DNA from: Auanema rhodensis
Taxonomy: Eukaryota; Animalia; Nematoda
Direction: 5' to 3'
Length of the DNA stretch: 64,000 nt
Assembly: GCA_964057225.1 (NCBI GenBank)
Contig: OZ059896.1
Span: 682,001 to 746,000, forward strand
The position numbers and the translations under genes were made by a program. Shown here in pieces: positions 11,601 to 26,940 of the stretch (position 1 is the stretch's first letter; each line of letters begins with the position of its first letter). The notes below the pieces were generated by a model. That model was not told the DNA's origin. It did not search any database and saw nothing but the letters and a program-made list of their open reading frames with translations.

Positions 11601-14600
11601 ATAAAAATTTGTTTTTAGACTAATATGGACATGAGGAATCTAATTTTGAAAACCGCATCTCTTTATCTTTCACGTGAAGCGAGTTACATACCAAGTGCAC
11701 ATCACGTGTACATTTAATTAGCATAAATTAAAGTTCACGTAAATTTCAAAGTCATGGTTACCATGAACCAATATCAATAAAAATTTGTTTTTAGACTAAT
11801 ATGGACATGGGGAATCTAATTTTGAAAACCGCATCTCTTTATCTTTCACGTGAAGCGAGTTACATACCAAGTGCACATCACGTGTACATTTAATTAGCAT
11901 AAATTAAAATTCACGTAAATTTCAAAGTCATGGTTACCATGAACCAATATCAATAAAAATTTGTTTTTAGACTAATATGGACTTGGGGAATCTAACTTTG
12001 AAAACCGCATCTCTTTATCTTTCACGTGAAGCGAGTTACATACCAAGTGCACATCACGTGTACATTTAATTAGCATAAATTAAAGTTCACGTAAATTTCA
12101 AAGTCATGGGTACCATGAACCAATATCAATAAAAATTTGTTTTTAGACTAATATGGACATGGGGAATCTAATTTTGAAAACCGCATCTCTTTATCTTTCA
12201 CGTGAAGCGAGTTACATACCAAGTGCACATCACGTGTACATATAATTAGCATAAATTAAAGTTCACGTAAATTTCAAAGTCATGGTTACCATGAACCAAT
12301 ATCAATAAAAATTTGTTTTTAGACTAATATGGACATGGGGAATCTAATTTTGAAAACTGCATCTCTTTATCATTCACGTGAAGCGAGTTACATACCAAGT
12401 GCACATCACGTGTACATTTAATTAGCATAAATTAAAGTTCACGTAAGTTTCAAAGTCATGGTTACCATGCACCAATATCAATAAACATTTGTTTTTAGAC
12501 TAATATGGACATGGGGAATCTAATTTTGAAAACCGCATCTCTTTATCTTTCACGTGAAGCGAGTTACATACCAAGTGCACATCACGTGTACATATAATTA
12601 GCATAAATTAAAGTTCACGTAAATTTCAAAGTCATGGTTACCATGAACCAATATCAATAAAAATTTGTTTTTAGACTAATATGGACATGGGGAATCTAAT
12701 TTTGAAAACCGCATCTCTTTATCTTTCACGTGAAGCGAGTTACATACCAAGTGCACATCACGTGTACATTTAATTAGCATAAATTAAAGTTCACGTAAAT
12801 TTCAAAGTCATGGTTACCAAGCACCAATATCAATAAAAATTTGTTTTTAGACTAATATGGACATGGGGAATCTAATTTTGAAAACCGCATCTCTTTATCT
12901 TTCACGTGAAGCGAGTTACATACCAAGTGCACATCACGTGTACATTTAATTAGCATAAATTAAAGTTCACGTAAATTTCAAAGTCATGGGTACCATGAAC
13001 CAATATCAATAAAAATTTGTTTTTAGACTAATATGGACATGGGGAATCTAATTTTGAAAACCGCATCTCTTTATCTTTCACGTGAAGCGAGTTACATACC
13101 AAGTGCACATCACGTGTACATATAATTAGCATAAATTAAAGTTCACGTAAATTTCAAAGTCATGGTTACCATGAACCAATATCAATAAAAATTTGTTTTT
13201 AGACTAATATGGACATGGGGAATCTAATTTTGAAAACTGCATCTCTTTATCATTCACGTGAAGCGAGTTACATACCAAGTGCACATCACGTGTACATTTA
13301 ATTAGCATAAATTAAAGTTCACGTAAGTTTCAAAGTCATGGTTACCATGCACCAATATCAATAAACATTTGTTTTTAGACTAATATGGACATGGGGAATC
13401 TAATTTTGAAAACCGCATCTCTTTTTCTTTCACGTGAAGCGAGTTACATACCAAGTGCACATCACGTGCACATTTAATTAGCATAAATTAAAGTTCACGT
13501 AAATTTCAAAGTCATGGTTACCATGAACCAATATCAATAAAAATTTGTTTTTAGACTAACATGTACATGGGGAATCTAATTTTGAAAACCGCATCTCTTT
13601 ATCTTTCACGTGAAGCGAGTTACATACCAAGTGCACATCACGTGTACATTTAATTAGCATAAATTAAAGTTCACGTAAATTTCAAAGTCATGGTTACCAT
13701 GAACCAATATCAATAAAAATTTGTTTTTAGACTAATACGGACATGGGGAATCTAATTTTGAAAACCGCATCTCTTTATCTTTCACGTGAAGCGAGTTACG
13801 TACCAAGTGCACATCACGTGTACATTTAATTAGCATAAATTAAAGTTCACGTAAATTTCAAAGTCATGGTTACAATGAACCAATATCAATAAAAATTTGT
13901 TTTTAGACTAATATGGACATGAGGAATCTAATTTTGAAAACCGCATCTCTTTATCTTTCACGTGAAGCGAGTTACATACCAAGTGCACATCACGTGTACA
14001 TTTAATTAGCATAAATTAAAGTTCACGTAAATTTCAAAGTCATGGTTACCATGAACCAATATCAATAAAAATTTGTTTTTAGACTAATATGGACATGGGG
14101 AATCTAATTTTGAAAACCGCATCTCTTTATCTTTCACGTGAAGCGAGTTACATACCAAGTGCACATCACGTGTACATTTAATTAGCATAAATTAAAATTC
14201 ACGTAAATTTCAAAGTCATGGTTACCATGAACCAATATCAATAAAAATTTGTTTTTAGACTAATATGGACATGGGGAATCTAACTTTGAAAACCGCATCT
14301 CTTTATCTTTCACGTGAAGCGAGTTACATACCAAGTGCACATCACGTGTACATTTAATTAGCATAAATTAAAGTTCACGTAAATTTCAAAGTCATGGGTA
14401 CCATGAACCAATATCAATAAAAATTTGTTTTTAGACTAATATGGACATGGGGAATCTAATTTTGAAAACCGCATCTCTTTATCTTTTACGTGAAGCGAGT
14501 TACATACCAAGTGCACATCACGTGTACATTTAATTAGCATAAATTAAAGTTCACGTAAATTTCAAAGTCATGGTTACCATGAACCAATATCAATAAAAAT

Positions 14601-17600
14601 TTGTTTTTAGACTAATATGGACATGGGAAATCTAATTTTGAAAACCGCATCTCTTTATCTTTCACGTGAAGCGAGTTACATACCAAGTGCACATCACGTG
14701 TACATTTAATTAGCATAAATTAAAGTTCACGTAAATTTCAAAGTCATGGGTACCATGAACCAATATCAATAAAAATTTGTATTTAGACTAATATGGACAT
14801 GGGGAATCTAATTTTGAAAACCGCATCTCTTTATCTTTCACGTGAAGCGAGTTACATACCAAGTGCACATCACGTGTACATATAATTAGCATAAATTAAA
14901 GTTCACGTAAATTTCAAAGTCATGGTTACCATGAACCAATATCAATAAAAATTTGTTTTTAGACTAATATGGACATGGGGAATCTAATTTTGAAAACTGC
15001 ATCTCTTTATCATTCACGTGAAGCGAGTTACATACCAAGTGCACATCACGTGTACATTTAATTAGCATAAATTAAAGTTCACGTAAGTTTCAAAGTCATG
15101 GTTACCATGCACCAATATCAATAAACATTTGTTTTTAGACTAATATGGACATGGGGAATCTAATTTTGAAAACCGCATCTCTTTTTCTTTCACGTGAAGC
15201 GAGTTACATACCAAGTGCACATCACGTGCACATTTAATTAGCATAAATTAAAGTTCACGTAAATTTCAAAGTCATGGTTACCATGAACCAATATCAATAA
15301 AAATTTGTTTTTAGACTAACATGTACATGGGGAATCTAATTTTGAAAACCGCATCTCTTTATCTTTCACGTGAAGCGAGTTACATACCAAGTGCACATCA
15401 CGTGTACATTTAATTAGCATAAATTAAAGTTCACGTAAATTTCAAAGTCATGGTTACCATGAACCAATATCAATAAAAATTTGTTTTTAGACTAATACGG
15501 ACATGGGGAATCTAATTTTGAAAACCGCATCTCTTTATCTTTCACGTGAAGCGAGTTACATACCAAGTGCACATCACGTGTACATTTAATTAGCATAAAT
15601 TAAAGTTCACGTAAATTTCAAAGTCATGGTTACCATGAACCAATATCAATAAAAATTTGTTTTTAGACTAATATGGACATGGGGAATCTAATTTTGAAAA
15701 CCGCATCTCTTTATCTTTCACGTGAAGCGAGTTACATACCAAGTGCACATCACGTGTACATTTAATTAGCATAAATTAAAATTCACGTAAATTTCAAAGT
15801 CATGGTTACCATGAACCAATATCAATAAAAATTTGTTTTTAGACTAATATGGACATGGGGAATCTAACTTTGAAAACCGCATCTCTTTATCTTTCACGTG
15901 AAGCGAGTTACATACCAAGTGCACATCACGTGTACATTTAATTAGCATAAATTAAAGTTCACGTAAATTTCAAAGTCATGGGTACCATGAACCAATATCA
16001 ATAAAAATTTGTTTTTAGACTAATATGGACATGGGGAATCTAATTTTGAAAACCGCATCTCTTTATCTTTCACGTGAAGCGAGTTACATACCAAGTGCAC
16101 ATCACGTGTACATATAATTAGCATAAATTAAAGTTCACGTAAATTTCAAAGTCATGGTTACCATGAACCAATATCAATAAAAATTTGTTTTTAGACTAAT
16201 ATGGACATGGGGAATCTAATTTTGAAAACTGCATCTCTTTATCATTCACGTGAAGCGAGTTACATACCAAGTGCACATCACGTGTACATTTAATTAGCAT
16301 AAATTAAAGTTCACGTAAGTTTCAAAGTCATGGTTACCATGCACCAATATCAATAAACATTTGTTTTTAGACTAATATGGACATGGGGAATCTAATTTTG
16401 AAAACCGCATCTCTTTATCTTTCACGTGAAGCGAGTTACATACCAAGTGCACATCACGTGTACATATAATTAGCATAAATTAAAGTTCACGTAAATTTCA
16501 AAGTCATGGTTACCATGAACCAATATCAATAAAAATTTGTTTTTAGACTAATATGGACATGGGGAATCTAATTTTGAAAACCGCATCTCTTTATCTTTCA
16601 CGTGAAGCGAGTTACATACCAAGTGCACATCACGTGTACATTTAATTAGCATAAATTAAAATTCACGTAAATTTCAAAGTCATGGTTACCATGAACCAAT
16701 ATCAATAAAAATTTGTTTTTAGACTAATATGGACATGGGGAATCTAATTTTGAAAACCGCATCTCTTTATCTTTCACGTGAAGCGAGTTACATACCAAGT
16801 GCACATCACGTGTACATTTAATTAGCATAAATTAAAATTCACGTAAATTTCAAAGTCATGGTTACCATGAACCAATATCAATAAAAATTTGTTTTTAGAC
16901 TAATATGGACATGGGGAATCTAACTTTGAAAACCGCATCTCTTTATCTTACACGTGAAGCGAGTTACATACCAAGTGCACATCACGTGTACATTTAATTA
17001 GCATAAATTAAAGTTCACGTAAATTTCAAAGTCATGGGTACCATGAACCAATATCAATAAAAATTTGTTTTTAGACTAATATGGACATGGGGAATCTAAT
17101 TTTGAAAACCGCATCTCTTTATCTTTCACGTGAAGCGAGTTACGTACCAAGTGCACATCACGTGTACATTTAATTAGCATAAATTAAAGTTCACGTAAAT
17201 TTCAAAGTCATGGTTACAATGAACCAATATCAATAAAAATTTGTTTTTAGACTAATATGGACATGAGGAATCTAATTTTGAAAACCGCATCTCTTTATCT
17301 TTCACGTGAAGCGAGTTACATACCAAGTGCACATCACGTGTACATTTAATTAGCATAAATTAAAGTTCACGTAAATTTCAAAGTCATGGTTACCATGAAC
17401 CAATATCAATAAAAATTTGTTTTTAGACTAATATGGACATGGGGAATCTAATTTTGAAAACCGCATCTCTTTATCTTTCACGTGAAGCGAGTTACATACC
17501 AAGTGCACATCACGTGTACATTTAATTAGCATAAATTAAAATTCACGTAAATTTCAAAGTCATGGTTACCATGAACCAATATCAATAAAAATTTGTTTTT

Positions 17601-19361
17601 AGACTAATATGGACATGGGGAATCTAACTTTGAAAACCGCATCTCTTTATCTTTCACGTGAAGCGAGTTACATACCAAGTGCACATCACGTGTACATTTA
17701 ATTAGCATAAATTAAAGTTCACGTAAATTTCAAAGTCATGGGTACCATGAACCAATATCAATAAAAATTTGTTTTTAGACTAATATGGACATGGGGAATC
17801 TAATTTTGAAAACCGCATCTCTTTATCTTTCACGTGAAGCGAGTTACATACCAAGTGCACATCACGTGTACATTTAATTAGCATAAATTAAAGTTCACGT
17901 AAATTTCAAAGTCATGGGTACCATGAACCAATATCAATAAAAATTTGTTTTTAGACTAATATGGACATGGGGAATCTAATTTTGAAAACCGCATCTCTTT
18001 ATCTTTCACGTGAAGCGAGTTACATACCAAGTGCACATCACGTGTACATTTAATTAGCATAAATTAAAGTTCACGTAAATTTCAAAGTCATGGGTACCAT
18101 GAACCAATATCAATAAAAATTTGTTTTTAGACTAATATGGACATGGGGAATCTAATTTTGAAAACTGCATCTCTTTATCATTCACGTGAAGCGAGTTACA
18201 TACCAAGTGCACATCACGTGTACATTTAATTAGCATAAATTAAAGTTCACGTAAGTTTCAAAGTCATGGTTACCATGCACCAATATCAATAAACATTTGT
18301 TTTTAGACTAATATGGACATGGGGAATCTAATTTTGAAAACCGCATCTCTTTTTCTTTCACGTGAAGCGAGTTACATACCAAGTGCACATCACGTGCACA
18401 TTTAATTAGCATAAATTAAAGTTCACGTAAATTTCAAAGTCATGGTTACCATGAACCAATATCAATAAAAATTTGTTTTTAGACTAACATGTACATGGGG
18501 AATCTAATTTTGAAAACCGCATCTCTTTATCTTTCACGTGAAGCGAGTTACATACCAAGTGCACATCACGTGTACATTTAATTAGCATAAATTAAAGTTC
18601 ACGTAAATTTCAAAGTCATGGTTACCATGAACCAATATCAATAAAAATTTGTTTTTAGACTAATACGGACATGGGGAATCTAATTTTGAAAACCGCATCT
18701 CTTTATCTTTCACGTGAAGCGAGTTACGTACCAAGTGCACATCACGTGTACATTTAATTAGCATAAATTAAAGTTCACGTAAATTTCAAAGTCATGGTTA
18801 CAATGAACCAATATCAATAAAAATTTGTTTTTAGACTAATATGGACATGAGGAATCTAATTTTGAAAACCGCATCTCTTTATCTTTCACGTGAAGCGAGT
18901 TACATACCAAGTGCACATCACGTGTACATTTAATTAGCATAAATTAAAGTTCACGTAAATTTCAAAGTCATGGTTACCATGAACCAATATCAATAAAAAT
19001 TTGTTTTTAGACTAATATGGACATGGGGATTCTAATTTTGAAAACCGCATCTCTTTATCTTTCACGTGAAGCGAGTTACATACCAAGTGCACATCACGTG
19101 TACATTTAATTAGCATAAATTAAAATTCACGTAAATTTCAAAGTCATGGTTACCATGAACCAATATCAATAAAAATTTGTTTTTAGACTAATATGGACAT
19201 GGGGAATCTAACTTTGAAAACCGCATCTCTTTATCTTTCACGTGAAGCGAGTTACATACCAAGTTCACATCACGTGTACATTTAATTAGCATAAATTAAA
19301 GTTCACGTAAATTTCAAAGTCATGGTTACCATGAACCAATATCAATAAAAATTTGTTTTTA
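8626..19361 (+). repeat. Domain with a local ~10-monomer (1760 bp) higher-order unit and a nested 23-monomer (4048 bp) duplication
   Basis: The ordered cassette AAAACTGC, CTTTTTCT+GTGCAC, AACATGTAC, AATACGG, ATGAGG, AAAATTC, AACTTT starts at 9154, 10914, 13202, 14962 (altered) and 18130. The private GTATTTAG marker at about 10731 and 14779 is 4048 bp apart. Confidence 0.85.
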
Positions 19362-22300
19362 GACTAATATGGACATGGGGAATCTAATTTTGAAAACCGC
19401 ATCTCTTTATCATTCACGTGAAGCGAGTTACATACCAAGTGCACATCACGTGTACATTTAATTAGCATAAATTAAAGTTCACGTAAATTTCAAAGTCATG
19501 GTTACCATGCACCAATATCAATAAACATTTGTTTTTAGACTAATATGGACATGGGGAATCTACTTTTGAAAACCGCATCTCTTTATCTTTCACGTGAAGC
19601 GAGTTACATACCAAGTGCACATGACGTGTACATTTAATTAGCATAAATTAAAGTTCACGTAAATTTCAAAGTCATGGTTACCATGAACCAATATCAATGA
19701 AAATTTGTTTGTAGACTAATATGGACATGGGGAATCTAATTTTGAAAACCGCATCTCTTTATCTTTCACGTGAAGCGAGTTACATACCAAGTGCACATCA
19801 CGTGTACATATAATTAGCATAAATTAAAGTTCACGTAAATTTCAAAGTCATGGTTACCATGAACCAATATCAATAAAAATTTGTTTTTAGACTAATATGG
19901 ACATGGGGAATCTAATTTTGAAAACCGCATCTCTTTATCTTTCACGTGAAGCGAGTTACATACCAAGTGCACATCACGTGTACATTTAATTAGCATTAAT
20001 TAAAATTCACGTAAATTTCAAAGTCATGGTTACCATGAACCAATATCAATAAAAATTTGTTTTTAGACTAATATGGACATGGGGAATCTAATTTTGAAAA
20101 CCGCATCTCTTTATCTTTCACGTGAAGCGAGTTACATACCAAGTGCACATCACGTGTACATTTAATTAGCATAAATTAAAGTTCACGTAAATTTCAAAGT
20201 CATGGTTACCATGAACCAATATCAATAAAAATTTGTTTTTAGACTAATATGGACATGGGGAATCTAATTTTGAAAACCGCATCTCTTTATCTTTCACGTG
20301 AAGCGAGTTACATACCAAGTGCACATCACGTGTACATTTAATTAGCATGAATTAAAGTTCACGTAAATTTCAAAGTCATGGTTACCATGCACCAATATCA
20401 ATAAAAATTTGTTTTTAGACTAATATGGACATGGGGAATCTAATTTTGAAAACCGCATCTCTTTATCTTTCACGTAAAGCGAGTTACATACCAAGTGCAC
20501 ATCACGTGTACATTTAATTAGCATAAATTAAAGTTCACGTAAATTTCAAAGTCATGGTTATCATGAACCAATATCAATAAAAATTTGTTTTTAGACTAAT
20601 ATGGACATGGGAAATCTAATTTTGAAAACCGCATCTCTTTATCTTTCACGTGAAGCGAGTTACATACCAAGTTCACATCACGTGTACATTTAATTAGCAT
20701 AAATTAAAGTTCACGTAAATTTCAAAGTCATGGTTACCATGAACCAATATCAATAAAAATTTGTTTTTAGACTAATATGGACATGGGAAATCTAATTTTG
20801 AAAACCGCATCTCTTTATCTTTTACGTGAAGCGAGTTACATACCAAGTGCACATCACGTGTACATTTAATTAGCATAAATTAAAGTTCACGTAAATTTCA
20901 AAGTCATGGTTACCATGAACCAATATCAATAAAAATTTGTTTTTAGACTAATATGGACATGGGGAATCTAATTTTGAAAACCGCATCTCTTTATCTTTCA
21001 CGTGAAGCGAGTTACATACCAAGTGCACATCACGTGTACATTTAATTAGCATAAATTAAAATTCACGTAAATTTCAAAGTCATGGTTACCATGAACCAAT
21101 ATCAATAAAAATTTGTTTTTAGACTAATATGGACATGGGGAATCTAATTTTGAAAACCGCATCTCTTTATCTTTCACGTGAAGCGAGTTACATACCAAGT
21201 GCACATCACGTGTACATTTAATTAGCATAAATTAAAGTTCACGTAAATTTCAAAGTCATGGTTACCATGAACCAATATCAATAAAAATTTGTTTTTAGAC
21301 TAATATGGACATGGGGAATCTAATTTCGAAAACCGCATCTCTTTATCTTTCACGTGAAGCGAGTTACATACCAAGTGCACATCACGTGTACATTTAATTA
21401 GCATGAATTAAAGTTCACGTAAATTTCAAAGTCATGGTTACCATGCACCAATATCAATAAAAATTTGTTTTTAGACTAATATGGACATGGGGAATCTAAT
21501 TTTGAAAACCGCATCTCTTTATCTTTCACGTAAAGCGAGTTACATACCAAGTGCACATCACGTGTACATTTAATTAGCATAAATTAAAGTTCACGTAAAT
21601 TTCAAAGTCATGGTTATCATGAACCAATATCAATAAAAATTTGTTTTTAGACTAATATGGACATGGGAAATCTAATTTTGAAAACCGCATCTCTTTATCT
21701 TTTACGTGAAGCGAGTTACATACCAAGTGCACATCACGTGTACATTTAATTAGCATAAATTAAAGTTCACGTAAATTTCAAAGTCATGGTTACCATGAAG
21801 CAATATCAATAAAAATTTGTTTTTAGACTAATATGGACATGGGAAATCTAATTTTGAAAACCGCATCTCTTTATCTTTCACGTGAAGCGAGTTACATACC
21901 AAGTGCACATCACGTGTACATTTAATTAGCATAAATTAAAGTTCACGTAAATTTCAAAGTCATGGTTACCATGAAGCAATATCAATAAAAATTTGTTTTT
22001 AGACTAATATGGACATGGGAAATCTAATTTTGAAAACCGCATCTCTTTATCTTTCACGTGAAGCGAGTTACATACCAAGTTCACATCACGTGTACATTTA
22101 ATTAGCATAAATTAAAGTTCACGTAAATTTCAAAGTCATGGTTACCATGAACCAATATCAATAAAAATTTGTTTTTAGACTAATATGGACATGGGAAATC
22201 TAATTTTGAAAACCGCATCTCTTTATCTTTTACGTGAAGCGAGTTACATACCAAGTGCACATCACGTGTACATTTAATTAGCATAAATTAAAGTTCACGT

Positions 22301-25300
22301 AAATTTCAAAGTCATGGTTACCATGAACCAATATCAATAAAAATTTGTTTTTAGACTAATATGGACATGGGGAATCTAATTTTGAAAACCGCATCTCTTT
22401 ATCTTTCACGTGAAGCGAGTTACATACCAAGTGCACATCACGTGTACATTTAATTAGCATAAATTAAAGTTCACGTAAATTTCAAAGTCATGGTGACCAT
22501 GAACCAATATCAATAAAAATTTGTTTTTAGACTAATATGGACATGGGGAATCTAATTTTGAAAACCGCATCTCTTTATCTTTCACGTGAAGCGAGTTACA
22601 TACCAAGTGCACATCACGTGTACATTTAATTAGCATAAATTAAAGTTCACGTAAATTTCAAAGTCATGGTTACCATGAACCAATATCAATAAAAATTTGT
22701 AATTAGACTAATATGGACATGGGGAATCTAATTTTGAAAACCGAATCTCTTTATCTTTCACGTGAAGCGAGTTACATACCAAGTGCACATCACGTGTACA
22801 TTTAATTAGCATAAATTAAAGTTCACGTAAATTTCAAAGTCATGGTTACCATGAACCAATATCAATAAAAATTTGTTTTTAGACTAATATGGACATGGGA
22901 AATCTAATTTTGGAAACCGCATCTCTTTATCTTTCACGTGAAGCGAGTTACATACCAAGTGCACATCACGTGTACATTTAATTAGCATAAATTAAAGTTC
23001 ACGTAAATTTCAAAGTCATGGTTACCATGAACCAATATCAATAAAAATTTGTTTTTAGACTAATATGGACATGGGAAATCTAATTTTGAAAACCGCATCT
23101 CTTTATCTTTTACGTGAAGCGAGTTACATACCAAGTGCACATCACGTGTACATTTAATTAGCATAAATTAAAGTTCACGTAAATTTCAAAGTCATGGTTA
23201 CCATGCACCAATATCAATAAAAATTTGTTTTTAGACTAATATGGACATGGGGAATCTAATTTTGAAAACCGCATCTCTTTATCTTTCACGTGAAGCGAGT
23301 TACATACCAAGTGCACATCACGTGTACATTTAATTAGCATAAATTAAAATTCACGTAAATTTCAAAGTCATGGTTACCATGAACCAATATCAATAAAAAT
23401 TTGTTTTTAGACTAATATGGACATGGGGAATCTAACTTTGAAAACCGCATCTCTTTATCTTTCACGTGAAGCGAGTTACACACCAAGTGCACATCACGTG
23501 TACATTTAATTAGCATAAATTAAAGTTCACGTAAATTTCAAAGTCATGGGTACCATGAACCAATATCAATAAAAATTTGTTTTTAGACTAATATGGACAT
23601 GGGGAATCTAATTTTGAAAACCGCATCTCTTTATCTTTCACGTGAAGCGAGTTACATACCAAGTGCACATCACGTGTACAAATAATTAGCATAAATTAAA
23701 GTTCACGTAAATTTCAAAGTCATGGTTACCATGAACCAATATCAATAAAAATTTGTTTTTAGACTAATATGGACATGGGGAATCTAATTTTGAAAACCGC
23801 ATCTCTTTATCTTTCACGTGAAGCGAGTTACATACCAAGTGCACATCACGTGTACATTTAATTAGCATAAATTAAAATTCACGTAAATTTCAAAGTCATG
23901 GTTACCATGAACCAATATCAATAAAAATTTGTTTTTAGACTAATATGGACATGGGGAATCTAACTTTGAAAACCGCATCTCTTTATCTTTCACGTGAAGC
24001 GAGTTACACACCAAGTGCACATCACGTGTACATTTAATTAGCATAAATTAAAGTTCACGTAAATTTCAAAGTCATGGGTACCATGAACCAATATCAATAA
24101 AAATTTGTTTTTAGACTAATATGGACATGGGGAATCTAATTTTGAAAACCGCATCTCTTTATCTTTCACGTGAAGCGAGTTACATACCAAGTGCACATCA
24201 CGTGTACATATAATTAGCATAAATTAAAGTTCACGTAAATTTCAAAGTCATGGTTACCATGAACCAATATCAATAAAAATTTGTTTTTAGACTAATATGG
24301 ACATGGGGAATCTAATTTTGAAAACCGCATCTCTTTATCTTTCACGTGAAGCGAGTTACATACCAAGTGCACATCACGTGTACATTTAGTTAGCATAAAT
24401 TAAAGTTCACGTAAATTTCAAAGTCATGGTTACCATGAACCAATATCAATAAAAATTTGTTTTTAGACTAATATGGACATGGGAAATCTAATTTTGAAAA
24501 CCGCATCTCTTTATCTTTCACGTGAAGCGAGTTACATACCAAGTGCACATCACGTGTACATTTAATTAGCATAAATTAAAGTTCACGTAAATTTCAAAGT
24601 CATGGGTACCATGAACCAATATCAATAAAAATTTGTTTTTAGACTAATATGGACATGGGGAATCTAATTTTGAAAACCGCATCTCTTTATCTTTCACGTG
24701 AAGCGAGTTACATACTAAGTGCACATCACGTGTACATATAATTAGCATAAATTAAAGTTCACGTAAATTTCAAAGTCATGGTTACCATGAACCAATATCA
24801 ATAAAAATTTGTTTTTAGACTAATATGGACATGGGGAATCTAATTTTGAAAACCGCATCTCTTTATCATTCACGTGAAGCGAGTTACATACCAAGTGCAC
24901 ATCACGTGTACATTTAATTAGCATAAATTAAAGTTCACGTAAGTTTCAAAGTCATGGTTACCATGCACCAATATCAATAAACATTTGTTTTTAGACTAAT
25001 ATGGACATGGGGAATCTAATTTTGAAAACCGCATCTATTTTTCTTTCACGTGAAGCGAGCTACATACCAAATGCACATCACGTGTACATTTAATTAGCAT
25101 AAATTAAAGTTCACGTAAATTTCAAAGTCATGGTGACCATGAACCAATATCAATAAAAATTTGTTTTTAGACTAATATGGACATGGGGAATCTAATTTTG
25201 AAAACCGCATCTCTTTATCTTTCACGTGAAGCGAGTTACATACCAAGTGCACATCACGTGTACATTTAATTAGCATAAATTAAAGTTCACGTAAATTTCA

Positions 25301-26940
25301 AAGTCATGGTTACCATGAACCAATATCAATAAAAATTTGTTTTTAGACTAATATGGACATGGGGAATCTAATTTTGAAAACCGCATCTCTTTATCTTTCA
25401 CGTGAAGCGAGTTACATACCAAGTGCACATCACGTGTACATTTAATTAGCATAAATTAAAGTTCACGTAAATTTCAAAGTCGTGGTTACCATGAACCAAT
25501 ATCAATAAAAATTTGTTTTTAGACTAATATGGACATGGGAAATCTAATTTTGAAAACCGCATCTCTTTATCTTTCACGTGAAGCGAGTTACATACCAAGT
25601 GCACATCACGTGTACATTTAATTAGCATAAATTAAAGTTCACGTAAATTTCAAAGTCATGGGTACCATGAACCAATATCAATAAAAATTTGTTTTTAGAC
25701 TAATATGGACATGGGGAATCTAATTTTGAAAACCGCATCTCTTTATCTTTCACGTGAAGCGAGTTACATACCAAGTGCACATCACGTGTACATATAATTA
25801 GCATAAATTAAAGTTCACGTAAATTTCAAAGTCATGGTTACCATGAACCAATATCAATAAAAATTTGTTTTTAGACTAATATGGACATGGGGAATCTAAT
25901 TTTGAAAACCGCATCTCTTTATCATTCACGTGAAGCGAGTTACACACCAAGTGCACATCACGTGTACATTTAATTAGCATAAATTAAAGTTCACGTAAGT
26001 TTCAAAGTCATGGTTACCATGCACCAATATCAATAAACATTTGTTTTTAGACTAATATGGACATGGGGAATCTAATTTTGAAAACCGCATCTCTTTTTCT
26101 TTCACGTGAAGCGAGCTACATACCAAATGCACATCACGTGTACATTTAATTAGCATAAATTAAAGTTCACGTAAATTTCAAAGTCATGGTTACCATGAAC
26201 CAATATCAATAAAAATTTGTTTTTAGACTAATATGGACATGGGGAATCTAATTTTAAAAACCGCATCTCTTTATCTTTCACGTGAAGCGAGTTACATACC
26301 AAGTGCACATCACGTGTACATTTAATTAGCATAAATTAAAGTTCACGTAAATTTCAAAGTCATGGTTTTCATGAACCAATATCAATAAAAATTTGTTTTT
26401 AGACTAACATGTACATGGGGAATCTAATTTTGAAAACCGCATCTCTTTATCTTTCACGTGAAGCGAGTTACATACCAAGTGCACATCACGTGTACATTTA
26501 ATTAGCATAAATTAAAGTTCACGTAAATTTCAAAGTCATGGTTACCATGAACCAATATCAATAAAAATTTGTTTTTAGACTAATATGGACATGGGGAATC
26601 TAATTTTGAGAACCGCATCTCTTTATCTTTCACGTGAAGCGAGTTACGTACCAAGTGCACATCACGTGTACATTTAATTAGCATAAATTAAAGTTCACGT
26701 AAATTTCAAAGTCATGGTTACAATGAACCAATATCAATAAAAATTTGTTTTTAGACTAATATGGACATGGGGAATCTAATTTTGAAAACCGCATCTCTTT
26801 ATCTTTCACGTGAAGCGAGTTACATACCAAGTGCACATCACGTGTACATTTAATTAGCATAAATAAAAGTTCACGTAAATTTCAAAGTCATGGTTACCAT
26901 GAACCAATATCAATAAAAATTTGTTTTTAGACTAACATGT

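Noticed and set aside
22698-22712. GTAATTAG variant (T172A+T173A) as another palindrome-perfecting event
   Set aside because: It gains one pair and loses one in the TTAG-A-CTAA dyad, so it is ambiguous and not counted as evidence.
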